Notes under the pieces: model-generated
What the model saw: only the letters and a program-made list of their open reading frames with translations
Told to the model about the DNA's origin: nothing
Databases searched by the model: none
NCBI GenBank assembly: GCA_027488815.1
Contig: JAIYAX010000006.1
Coordinates: forward strand, 271,332 to 335,331
Length of the DNA stretch: 64,000 nucleotides
Direction: 5' to 3'
Source: Cytophagaceae bacterium
Lineage (GTDB): Bacteria; Bacteroidota; Bacteroidia; Cytophagales; JAIYAX01
Shown: positions 29,446-38,299 of the stretch, one piece after another
Numbering within the stretch: the stretch's first letter is position 1
Layout of the letters: each line of letters begins with the position of its first letter
Position numbers and translations under genes: made by a program

Positions 29446-29740
29446 TGAGGCTAAATCTAATGCTGTTTATAAGTGTACAACATAGTTTTTTTCTAAAGGT
29501 GAGCGTGATAATGTGAATAGCTTAAAGTAATCAACATTTCGTTTGTTGTTTTAGTGTCTGATATTGAATTACTTAAGAATATTTGTTCATAACTAAGGAT
29601 GCTTTGTAAAGAATTGATGTGGCTAATTCAAAATGTGAACATCGTTTGCTGAAAGAGTATATTCAGTTGAAAGGTAAGCAGGAGATAACAGTGTTTGGTG
29701 AAATTAGATTGCTGTGTTCATATCGGTGGCTTTATTCACA
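29446..29740. other. Candidate replication origin (AT-rich spacer with DnaA-box-like motifs)
   Basis: TGTTTATAA 29464, TGTGAATAG 29512, TGTGGCTAA 29618, TGTGAACAT 29634, exact TTATTCACA 29732. parS lies 4.3 kb away. Confidence 0.45.
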
Positions 29741-31330
29741 TAGTAAAGGACCTTCTTTAAGGGTTATCCTGTAGTTTTCAACATCCCATCCCGGCCTGAC
29801 TTTAACTGTGTTAACATCAAGATGTAGTTTTTCAGGTTGTTTCTTTTTTGACAAATCTCCCGGACTTAGATACCCACTCTGATCTCTATCAATAAAGACA
29901 AAAGGTTGGTAATCACCTGTATTTAAGTCGAAGAATTGAAATGAAGTCGAAGTGATTCTTGAAGGGTAAATTATTTTGTCTTTCATCATGAGACCTACCA
30001 TACCACATTTTATCGTGCTGTCCCTAGAAACAGATAGTGTGCCAGTGTTTGGTTTGTCTTCTGAGTTAATTCCAAAGATGGTGTCTAAGTAAATTGATCG
30101 GAAGATGTCCTGTAGTTGATATCCTTTGATAAGAATTTTTGAAGTATCGAGATCTGTTTTAAGAGCAAGGCTGAATTGTAATGTGTTCTCATACTCAAAG
30201 CCTTTTATTTGTGCGTCTATACTATCTAGTGTGTTTCTGAGAATATAGACAGTGGATGAGCTATCTAAAAGAGGTGGGTATTTTAATTTAAGTTTAAATG
30301 TTATTTTTAATTCATCTTTCTTGATGTCAGTTGGATATATTTTAACTGTGTCCGATTTAGTTGTTTGAGCGAATCCTAACGTTGTTAGAAATAGTGTGGT
30401 GTCTACTGAATATCCGAAGCTGTCCGCAGCGTAGAGTTTAATTGTTTCTATGGTGCTATCCGTCATATAGAGTTTGAAGTTTTTGTTGTCTTTTCTTTCC
30501 AGATACCCCTTACTTGATTTTATCTTAAATATGGATTTATTGAATACCAGCTCATAGTAGATTTTTTGATTTTTAAAGGAAAGTAGTTCAAATGGTCTTT
30601 GGTCATTTAAAAAGACATTAAAATCTGTTGACAAAGAGCTATCAGAATGCGTGATACAAATTATACTATCAAGAAAGCCTATCCGTTCTTTAAATGACTC
30701 GTACTCAAAATTACTATTCATGTCTTCCAGTGCGATGAGATGGTAACAGCCGGGTTTCATTCCACGCAGATTAAAGTACCCTTCTTTGTTGGCTCGACTT
30801 TGGTTAACGGATTTCTCAAAGTGAGTATAGCCGCTATCTAGTTCAAAGGCAAAAACGGTAAAACCAGAAGCGGGCTTAAGTAAATAGTCTTTTATAGTAC
30901 CGTTGATACTTCTGTGATCAAGAGAATCTCCTGTGGAAAAAATGAGAGTGAAGTCTGCTGCTGCATTTGATTCTGAGAAGTCAACGATTGCTCCAGTATT
31001 TTGTAAGAGGTATGTGGTATTTGGCTTAAGGGTTAGATTCTTAATAAATACACTCTCATTTTTTGAGCTCACATTTGGTTCTGTCTTTGGCTTGGGATTT
31101 AAATTTAGTTTTAGGTTAACATCCTTTAACTTTATGTACTCATCGTATATTAAAGTGATTTCATTTGAATTGAATCGGGTAGTATTATCAGTAGGTATGG
31201 TTTTCTCAAGCTTTGGGGCTTTTGAATCTTTCTCACCACCTGTAATTTCTCCGACTTTCGCACAATTGCTTAAAAGTAGTAACGATGCAAAGAAAAGTAT
31301 TGAGCTAGTATTTTTTAATGATATAAACAT
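29732..31330 (-). CDS. Ig-like (Big_5-type) domain lipoprotein
   Basis: Likely start MFISLK at 31330. Lipobox LSNC followed by AKVGEITGGEKD..AP, typical of this Bacteroidota family. Confidence 0.8.
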   Translation of the reverse strand: MFISLKNTSSILFFASLLLLSNCAKVGEITGGEKDSKAPKLEKTIPTDNTTRFNSNEITLIYDEYIKLKDVNLKLNLNPKPKTEPNVSSKNESVFIKNLTLKPNTTYLLQNTGAIVDFSESNAAADFTLIFSTGDSLDHRSINGTIKDYLLKPASGFTVFAFELDSGYTHFEKSVNQSRANKEGYFNLRGMKPGCYHLIALEDMNSNFEYESFKERIGFLDSIICITHSDSSLSTDFNVFLNDQRPFELLSFKNQKIYYELVFNKSIFKIKSSKGYLERKDNKNFKLYMTDSTIETIKLYAADSFGYSVDTTLFLTTLGFAQTTKSDTVKIYPTDIKKDELKITFKLKLKYPPLLDSSSTVYILRNTLDSIDAQIKGFEYENTLQFSLALKTDLDTSKILIKGYQLQDIFRSIYLDTIFGINSEDKPNTGTLSVSRDSTIKCGMVGLMMKDKIIYPSRITSTSFQFFDLNTGDYQPFVFIDRDQSGYLSPGDLSKKKQPEKLHLDVNTVKVRPGWDVENYRITLKEGPLLCE

Positions 31331-32180
31331 TACTACTATAATTACCCGTGTTCTCTGCGGATTGGTTTGACGCATACCCGTATTTCAATGACTTGATGAA
31401 TGCAAAGGAATCTCCTCTGTATTTCAATGATTGTAAGGATATATAATAGGAATCCATCCATAGACCCGCCTTGGAGATAAGTCGCATTCTGTGCTTTTTG
31501 AATAGTTCTTTAATCGAATCATCATCAAAATGATATAAGTGTCGTGGGACATCAAAAGCTGCCCAATGGTTTTTAAACTCCAGACAATCCTTCGATTGGA
31601 TATTTGGGACCGCAATTACCATTACTCCCTCTTTTGATAAGTATTTTCTGAGTGAAGCAAACGTTTCATTCAAGTCATAAACATGTTCCAAAACGTGCCA
31701 TAATGTGATTAAGTCGAAACGTGAATTCTTGTCTATTTGATTCAGATTCTCATGCACTTCAAGATGATGTTGGGAAATACAATATGCTCTAGCATCAGGA
31801 TTTGGTTCAACTCCAATTACTTTGAGGGATTTATCAAAGGATGAGAGAAATGATCCTGTACCACAACCATAATCCAAAACGCTGGATGGCTTAATGTGTT
31901 TCTTAAGAATTTGATGTTTATATCTGATATTATAGGATCTGAAGATTCGATATGCGATACCAAGTAGGCTAAAGCTTGATTTGTGACTTAAATAGTCCTT
32001 CGAATCATAGTATCTAGATAGCGTTCTTAATGAAGGTCTAGGATTCGTATAAACAAGAGAGCAGTTAGTACATCTTGCCAAATGAAAGTCTTCACCGGTT
32101 AAAAAATGGTCTTTAACTATCAGAAAGTTATCTGCGTTTTCTTGGCCACATAATGGACATTGGTCTACCCGACTATACAC
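31305..32180 (-). CDS. Class I SAM-dependent methyltransferase with N-terminal Zn ribbon
   Basis: CPLCG...CTNC, VLDYGCGTG, GVEP, LWHVLEH. Confidence 0.9.
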   Translation of the reverse strand: MYSRVDQCPLCGQENADNFLIVKDHFLTGEDFHLARCTNCSLVYTNPRPSLRTLSRYYDSKDYLSHKSSFSLLGIAYRIFRSYNIRYKHQILKKHIKPSSVLDYGCGTGSFLSSFDKSLKVIGVEPNPDARAYCISQHHLEVHENLNQIDKNSRFDLITLWHVLEHVYDLNETFASLRKYLSKEGVMVIAVPNIQSKDCLEFKNHWAAFDVPRHLYHFDDDSIKELFKKHRMRLISKAGLWMDSYYISLQSLKYRGDSFAFIKSLKYGYASNQSAENTGNYSSNVYIIKKY

Positions 32181-32183
32181 GAA

Positions 32184-34037
32184 TTACTTGCTGTTTAAAT
32201 GAATCATAAGAATAGAGATGTCTGCTGGAGAAACCCCGCTGATCCTTGATGCTTGCCCCAAAGTTAAAGGTTGCTGTTTATTTAGCTTTTCTCTTGCCTC
32301 CGCTGACAGAGCTTTGATAGTGGAATAATCAAGTTGTTGGCTAAGTTTTACATGCTCCATCTTCTCCATTTTTGCTACTTGAGCCAACTCCCTTTCAAAG
32401 TACGGGGCATATTTAACCCCTATCTCTGTGTTTAATATTTCGTCCTCTGTATACTCATCTTTTTGGTCTGACAGAAAAGGCATTAGTTGTTGCAAACTTA
32501 TCTCTGGCCTGGCAAGGAGGTCAAATAGTTTAGCTTTTTCAACGATTTGGGCAGAACCTATTTCCTTTAGCAGAGTATTTATTTCTTCGGGTTGAACTTT
32601 TTTTGTCAAGGTACCCAATAGTTGTTTCGACTTTTCTTTTTTTAACTGAACAAGCTTTAGTCGTTCTGGTGAAGCCAGGCCTATGTCGTATCCAATCTGA
32701 GTTAATCGATCATCTGCATTGTCTTGGCGAAGCATTAATCTAAACTCAGCCCTTGAAGTAAACATTCGATAAGGCTCCTCTGTGCCTTTGTTGACTAAGT
32801 CATCAATAAGAACACCAATGTAGGCTTCAGACCTTTTTAGAATTATGGGATCCTTTTGATTCAGCTTCCTGGTGGCATTAATTCCTGCCATTAATCCCTG
32901 ACATGCTGCTTCTTCATAGCCAGTAGTACCATTTATCTGCCCAGCAAAGTAAAGGTTATCGATAAGGTGTGTTTCCAGACTGGTCTTTAACTGGACAGGC
33001 GGAAAGTAGTCGTATTCAATGGCATAGCCAGGTCTAAACATTTTAACGTTTTCAAAACCTTTTACCGTCCTTAGTGCCTGGTATTGAATATCCTCAGGCA
33101 ATGAGCTGGAGAAGCCGTTTACATAGACTTCAATAGTCTTCCATCCTTCTGGTTCCACAAATAGTTGATGTCGGTCTCTTTCGGAAAACCGATTGATTTT
33201 ATCTTCAATAGATGGGCAATATCTTGGACCTATTCCTTGAATTCTGCCATTGAACATAGGAGATTTATCAAAACCTGTTTTCAAAACCTCATGTGTCTTA
33301 GCATTGGTATAGGTGATATGACAAGCTCGTTGCTTCGTTAATCTCGAACTTGGTAGATAGGAAAATTTTCCTGGTTCTTCATCCCCTGGTTGTTCCTCCA
33401 TAACCTCATAGTTGAGTGAGCGACCATCAACTCTTGGGGGTGTGCCTGTTTTCATTCTGCCGGCCTCAAAGCCCAGTTTAACCAGATCTTCCGTAATACC
33501 AGTTGAAGCTCTCTCCGCTGCTCTTCCACCTCCAAATCTCTTTTCTCCTATATGAATAACTCCGTTTAGAAAAGTGCCACTCGTCAGTATGACAGATGAA
33601 GAATATAGATTGATACCTAGACTTGTTTTGACACCAGCAATAGATTTGCCCTCCACAAGCAGACCCGTAACCATATCCTGCCAAAAATCTACATTTGGAT
33701 TACTCTCAAGCTGCAATCTCCAAAATTCAGAGAACATTTGCCTATCACTCTGTGCACGAGGACTCCACATGGCAGGACCTTTCGACCTGTTTAGCATCCG
33801 AAATTGGATCATCGTATGATCCGTCACGATACCAGATAGCCCACCTAAGGCATCAATTTCTCGTATGATTTGGCCTTTAGCCACTCCACCCATAGCTGGG
33901 TTACAAGACATTTGAGCAATAGTGTTCATGTTCATGGTGAGCAAGAGCACCTTCGCCCCCATTGTTGCAGAAGCATGGGCGGCTTCACAACCAGCATGCC
34001 CTGCACCGACTACAATGATATCGTACTTAGGAATCAT
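32184..34037 (-). CDS. mnmG: tRNA uridine-5-carboxymethylaminomethyl modification enzyme MnmG (GidA)
   Basis: [55 protein letters not shown]. True start is MIPKY at 34037; the upstream MFHVEH is the parS palindrome. Confidence 0.97.
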   Translation of the reverse strand: MIPKYDIIVVGAGHAGCEAAHASATMGAKVLLLTMNMNTIAQMSCNPAMGGVAKGQIIREIDALGGLSGIVTDHTMIQFRMLNRSKGPAMWSPRAQSDRQMFSEFWRLQLESNPNVDFWQDMVTGLLVEGKSIAGVKTSLGINLYSSSVILTSGTFLNGVIHIGEKRFGGGRAAERASTGITEDLVKLGFEAGRMKTGTPPRVDGRSLNYEVMEEQPGDEEPGKFSYLPSSRLTKQRACHITYTNAKTHEVLKTGFDKSPMFNGRIQGIGPRYCPSIEDKINRFSERDRHQLFVEPEGWKTIEVYVNGFSSSLPEDIQYQALRTVKGFENVKMFRPGYAIEYDYFPPVQLKTSLETHLIDNLYFAGQINGTTGYEEAACQGLMAGINATRKLNQKDPIILKRSEAYIGVLIDDLVNKGTEEPYRMFTSRAEFRLMLRQDNADDRLTQIGYDIGLASPERLKLVQLKKEKSKQLLGTLTKKVQPEEINTLLKEIGSAQIVEKAKLFDLLARPEISLQQLMPFLSDQKDEYTEDEILNTEIGVKYAPYFERELAQVAKMEKMEHVKLSQQLDYSTIKALSAEAREKLNKQQPLTLGQASRISGVSPADISILMIHLNSK

Positions 34038-34494
34038 AATCTTTTGAAAATGTTCCACGTGGAACATCTATAAAAACAGGTAAATAGTAGTCCTCTTTCT
34101 TTCTCATTTCAGCTTTTTCTGATGCTGTTAGATCGTTATAACCCATAAGATGAAGCAGCCCATGAATGACCAGTCGGCAAATCTCTTCCTTAGGTGAGAC
34201 TCCATATTCTTTTGCATTGTCCTGAGCTCGGTCTACACTGATCATTATATCGCCAGAAATTAACTGATCTTGCTCTTCATGATATTGATACGTAAGAATA
34301 TCTGTATAGTAATCATGATCAAGATGGGTTATGTTCAAACTAAGTAAGTAATCATCATCACAAAAAACAATCCCCAACTGATCGATTTTAAAACCCTCCA
34401 GGTTTGCCATTTCAAATATCTTTTCCTTAAGCTTGTTTGGCCTTTGTATAGGTTTCTTACTGCCGTTTAGTGAAACGAAAGAAATGTTTTTCAA
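34027..34494 (-). CDS. ybeY: rRNA maturation endoribonuclease YbeY
   Basis: [32 protein letters not shown] (H3xH5xH motif). Confidence 0.95.
   Translation of the reverse strand: MKNISFVSLNGSKKPIQRPNKLKEKIFEMANLEGFKIDQLGIVFCDDDYLLSLNITHLDHDYYTDILTYQYHEEQDQLISGDIMISVDRAQDNAKEYGVSPKEEICRLVIHGLLHLMGYNDLTASEKAEMRKKEDYYLPVFIDVPRGTFSKDYDS
34050..34067. promoter_or_regulatory. parS centromere site (ParB-binding)
   Basis: Perfect 18-bp palindrome ATGTTCCACGTGGAACAT containing the canonical 16-mer TGTTCCACGTGGAACA (34051-34066). Confidence 0.92.
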
Positions 34495-34515
34495 ACAGAA
34501 GTGAAGGTAACAGGC

Positions 34516-34938
34516 CTAGTCAAAGTAAAATGTCATTTTGACACTGGAGCCATTGTTTAAGAATTTGACTTCATCACAAAGATGCTTTACTAAAAACAAA
34601 CCACGGCCACCTGGTTTCTCAAGATTTTCTTCTGATGTGGGGTCGGGTAGGTGCTGGTAATCAAAGCCATTCCCCTGGTCAGAAACAATAAAATCAAGCT
34701 GATTGTCCGTTTGTTCTAACTCCAAAACAACAATTTTCTGTTTATCCAACTTGTTGCCATGGATGATTGCATTGTTCACGCTTTCTGTAACTGCAACCAT
34801 GATGTTCCCATAGATGTCATCATTGATTTCAAAAGCATCTTTTGCGTTATCAATAAAGCTTTCAACTATGCGAATGTTCTCCGGAATAGACGGAACCTCG
34901 ATCCTTAGTGAGCGAATACCTGACTCTGATTTTGTCAT
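34516..34938 (-). CDS. RsbW/SpoIIAB-like HATPase_c serine kinase (anti-sigma type)
   Basis: AVTESVNNAIIHGN, VSDQGNGFD, GGRGLFLVKHLCDEV. Confidence 0.88.
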   Translation of the reverse strand: MTKSESGIRSLRIEVPSIPENIRIVESFIDNAKDAFEINDDIYGNIMVAVTESVNNAIIHGNKLDKQKIVVLELEQTDNQLDFIVSDQGNGFDYQHLPDPTSEENLEKPGGRGLFLVKHLCDEVKFLNNGSSVKMTFYFD

Positions 34939-37900
34939 AGGTTATCCTGGTTATCAATGAATGATTTGAAGTATTTCTTTACTTCGTTTTTGTAAAAAGG
35001 TTTCAAAGAAGGGTCTACCCTGCGAATTTGTTCTACTTGCCTTTTCTTTTCTTTTAAATACTTTTCAAAGTCAGGAGGTAATGCCCTTTCTTTCATTTTT
35101 GCCAATTCAGCTTCTCTTTCAGGACTTTGATCTCGTTCTTTAAGCGATTTCTCCGCCTCTAAAAGCCTTGTCTCGATTTCCTTTTGTCGAAGTAGTGTTT
35201 CCTGAGTTATCTTTTTGTTTACAATATCTTTCTCTGTCTCTTCCATCTGACCGGCCAAATCCCCTAGGCCACTCCCTGGGTTTTTACCTTTGTCTTTAAG
35301 CATTTTTTCAAGTTGACGTAAAGCTTGTCTGAGTTGTTCCTGCTGAGCAGCAATTTTAGCATACTCCTCAGACAATTCTTCTCCACTGCCACCTTTGCCT
35401 TTTAATTTTTCTATCTGATCGTTCAATTGCTTTTGCATGTCACCAAGGTTTCCTGGCATGGCCTGTGGCTTACCCTTTCCTTTGTTTTTAGGGTTGCCGC
35501 TGGTGCACTTACCATTGCTTTGCATGGCATTCATTTGGTTTTGCAGGTTCTTGAGCACATCATCAAGTAGCAGAGCAAGGTTGTTTGCTGAGGTCATTGC
35601 ATACTGCTGCTTCCCGCTGGCATTTCCCGGCTTTCGTTGTTTGATGGATACTGCACTTTCTTCCATGAAATTTTTAAGCTCTGATACTTCACGAGTAACG
35701 AAAGATTGTATTTCAAAAACACGTTTGGCCAATGCCATCAAACTGTCTTCGATCATGCTGGCGTCTTCACTAAGCTTTAACTGCTTTTGAGACAATGCGA
35801 TGTATCTTGGATCCGCCTGGTTGATGCTTCGATACTCTTTCATTTGCTCTTCTAATTGAAAAGATAATGAAATGAGGTTGTCAAGAATGGATTGAAGGTC
35901 TCGAATATTTTCTTCCACCATTTGCATTCGCTGCTCAGCACTTGCAGTTTCTAACTCATTAGCCAAATCACTCATTTGGTCAGAAGCTTCCTTTTGACTT
36001 TTGTTTCCTTCTTTCTTCTGTCCTTTTTGGAGGTTTTCCTTGCTCCTACTTAGGTTTTCCTTGATTTTTTCAGCCTTTTCACCCAATTTATTTAAAGGTC
36101 GCTTCTCCTCTATTTCTTCATTCAGCTTTTCAATTTCATTTAGCTTCTCTTTAACATCTTCAAATGCTGAATTAATACTGTCTTGTTTCTCGACTGACTT
36201 GCCCGCATCGAGCTTGGACTCCCTTAATTCATTTTGTTCTTCTGCCAATTCCCTCAGCTCTGAAACCGTTTGCTCTATTTTTTTATCGATTTGTAGGTTT
36301 TTATACAACTCCAAAGCTCTATCTAATTCATTTTCAATATTTTGATTTTTCTTTTGGAGCTTATCAAGATTTTCTTTGACTTTTGAATCTTCCTTTTTTT
36401 CCTCCAGTAACTTCTGAAGTTCTTCAAGTAGTTTTTGAGTTTCCGGATCGAGCACCTGTTTCATAAGTTCCTGAAGAGCTTGCGCTTTTTCAAGTAAGTC
36501 CGGCGAAAAGGAGTCCAGATTTTTCTCGAGAGCGTTTAACTTTTCCTGAAGCTCGTTTAATTCTTCTAACTCATTGAGCACCTGCTTATTTTTTTCAAGG
36601 AGGTCGCTTAACTCCTTTCGATCACTCCAGCTGAGCTCAGATTTAGATTTGATTTTCTGCTCAAGTCTGTTTAGGTTTTTTACGATGGAGGAGGATTTTT
36701 TGTGAAGAAGTTCAATCTTATTTTCAAGCTTTTCAGCTGATTGTTGCGAAAGTTCTTTGTACTCTTGATCGCTAGGCTTTTGAAACACCATTGTTCTACT
36801 TTCTGCACATTTAGCCCCATTAACTCCATCGTTGTCACAAACAACAACTTTGTAGGATAGCCGCTCCCCGTTGTTAAGCGCCAGTTCGGTAAGATCAAGA
36901 TTTGTGAAGAAAGGTTGAATGGTGACCTCTTTATCAAATGACAACACTTTCGATTTAACAACACTTGTTTGATTTTTTTGATTAGTGGTAAAGTACTCTA
37001 CCCGTAAGCTCGAAAAACCATGATCATCTTCAACAATGCCGCTAATCAAGATATTGGAAAAGGTGCTGGTGTCTTCCCGGGTATCCATTCGTATTTCAGG
37101 TAGTTCATCTTTTACCACATCAATTTGAAAAACAGCTTTTTCCTTGAGTAGCCCAAATAGGTTGATAGCCTGAATTTCATAGGGCAAATCATTATTTACC
37201 CTTAAACTAAGTTCAAAATCATCTGAACCGGATTTAGAAAAACTATATCGCCGACCAGGCCCTCTTGTCACCTGTAAAGCAACTGTGTCTGAGTAGCTAA
37301 ACGTTCCTTGCCAAGTGACCATAGAACCCTCAGGAACCTGAAGATTTCCAGTCCCCTGGCTTGCAAAGGGCTTTTGTTTGAGATATGCAGGAGGAAGGAC
37401 CAACAACTTAAGGCCTGTCATTCGTGGCCTGTCAACAACTTTAATCAGGTATTCATCACTAAAATATCCTCCGGCTAACAACCTAAACCGTAGATCTGCT
37501 TCAGGCTTCGTAAATGTGTATTGATAATTGTTTTTTCCTACTGTCCTCATCAACAGTTGTTGCTCATCGATGAGAATCTGAACACTGGAGGGCACTTTCT
37601 GACCACTTAAGCTGAGATCAAAAGCAAAGTCCTCATTTCTGAATGCAAGTAAGGATGGTGTTCTGGTCAGAAAAGTAAATGGAGCTTTAGGCAAGAATGA
37701 CTTATTGTATTGAATGTACCGGGCAGTACTCTCTGTAAATAACTCGGGAAGAATGAGGGCCAGAAGTAATGCAGTGCCAACCAAGGGAAGAAGTCGCCTC
37801 TTAAAAAACAAAAAAGTCGACTTAAAATCAATGGCAAGATGAAATGCATACGGTTTTATCAGGACAGACTTTTGATTAATGCTAGCCAGAAGAAGCTGAC

Positions 37901-38273
37901 TATCATCTTGTTTTTGTTCAGATAAAGCAATGAGATTCAGAAACTTATCACCTAATTCAGGAAAGAATTTCCCAATTTGAATGGCGGCCTCTTTGTCTGA
38001 TAGATACTTCTCAGACATCAGGTACTTGTAAAACGGGATGATTGCTTTAAAGCCAATGATCGTCAGGGAGGATAACAAAAAGGACCAAAAACCAATGGCT
38101 CTTGCCCAATTGCCCATTTTGATCAAATACTCAAGGGCATTGAGTAGCAGAAATAATCCCAGTATCCAAACAAGGCAAGTAAAGATGCCCTGGTATAATT
38201 GGTTTAGATAGAACTTCTTTTTATAGTCAATTAACTTCTCTTTGATCTCTCCTGTCGTTCCACCTCTATTCAT
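34935..38273 (-). CDS. Large membrane-anchored coiled-coil protein (DUF4175-like)
   Basis: N-terminal TM helices, beta-rich middle with DDHGF, about 600-aa E/K/Q-rich coiled coil ending YKNEVKKYF. Confidence 0.75.
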   Translation of the reverse strand: MNRGGTTGEIKEKLIDYKKKFYLNQLYQGIFTCLVWILGLFLLLNALEYLIKMGNWARAIGFWSFLLSSLTIIGFKAIIPFYKYLMSEKYLSDKEAAIQIGKFFPELGDKFLNLIALSEQKQDDSQLLLASINQKSVLIKPYAFHLAIDFKSTFLFFKRRLLPLVGTALLLALILPELFTESTARYIQYNKSFLPKAPFTFLTRTPSLLAFRNEDFAFDLSLSGQKVPSSVQILIDEQQLLMRTVGKNNYQYTFTKPEADLRFRLLAGGYFSDEYLIKVVDRPRMTGLKLLVLPPAYLKQKPFASQGTGNLQVPEGSMVTWQGTFSYSDTVALQVTRGPGRRYSFSKSGSDDFELSLRVNNDLPYEIQAINLFGLLKEKAVFQIDVVKDELPEIRMDTREDTSTFSNILISGIVEDDHGFSSLRVEYFTTNQKNQTSVVKSKVLSFDKEVTIQPFFTNLDLTELALNNGERLSYKVVVCDNDGVNGAKCAESRTMVFQKPSDQEYKELSQQSAEKLENKIELLHKKSSSIVKNLNRLEQKIKSKSELSWSDRKELSDLLEKNKQVLNELEELNELQEKLNALEKNLDSFSPDLLEKAQALQELMKQVLDPETQKLLEELQKLLEEKKEDSKVKENLDKLQKKNQNIENELDRALELYKNLQIDKKIEQTVSELRELAEEQNELRESKLDAGKSVEKQDSINSAFEDVKEKLNEIEKLNEEIEEKRPLNKLGEKAEKIKENLSRSKENLQKGQKKEGNKSQKEASDQMSDLANELETASAEQRMQMVEENIRDLQSILDNLISLSFQLEEQMKEYRSINQADPRYIALSQKQLKLSEDASMIEDSLMALAKRVFEIQSFVTREVSELKNFMEESAVSIKQRKPGNASGKQQYAMTSANNLALLLDDVLKNLQNQMNAMQSNGKCTSGNPKNKGKGKPQAMPGNLGDMQKQLNDQIEKLKGKGGSGEELSEEYAKIAAQQEQLRQALRQLEKMLKDKGKNPGSGLGDLAGQMEETEKDIVNKKITQETLLRQKEIETRLLEAEKSLKERDQSPEREAELAKMKERALPPDFEKYLKEKKRQVEQIRRVDPSLKPFYKNEVKKYFKSFIDNQDNL

Positions 38274-38299
38274 GGTATGATGTTAGTTCTATTCCATGA

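Noticed and set aside
30933-31370. 145-aa plus-strand ORF
   Set aside because: Antisense shadow of the Ig-like lipoprotein gene, with no recognisable motifs.
31381-31430. Direct repeat TATTTCAATGA (31381 and 31420)
   Set aside because: Only 11 bp, in AT-rich coding sequence, and it encodes a repeated SLKY peptide. No array.
34038-34067. N-terminal extension [10 protein letters not shown] on MnmG in the ORF track
   Set aside because: Artefact of the parS palindrome, which reads ATG TTC CAC GTG GAA CAT on both strands. MnmG homology begins at MIPKYD.
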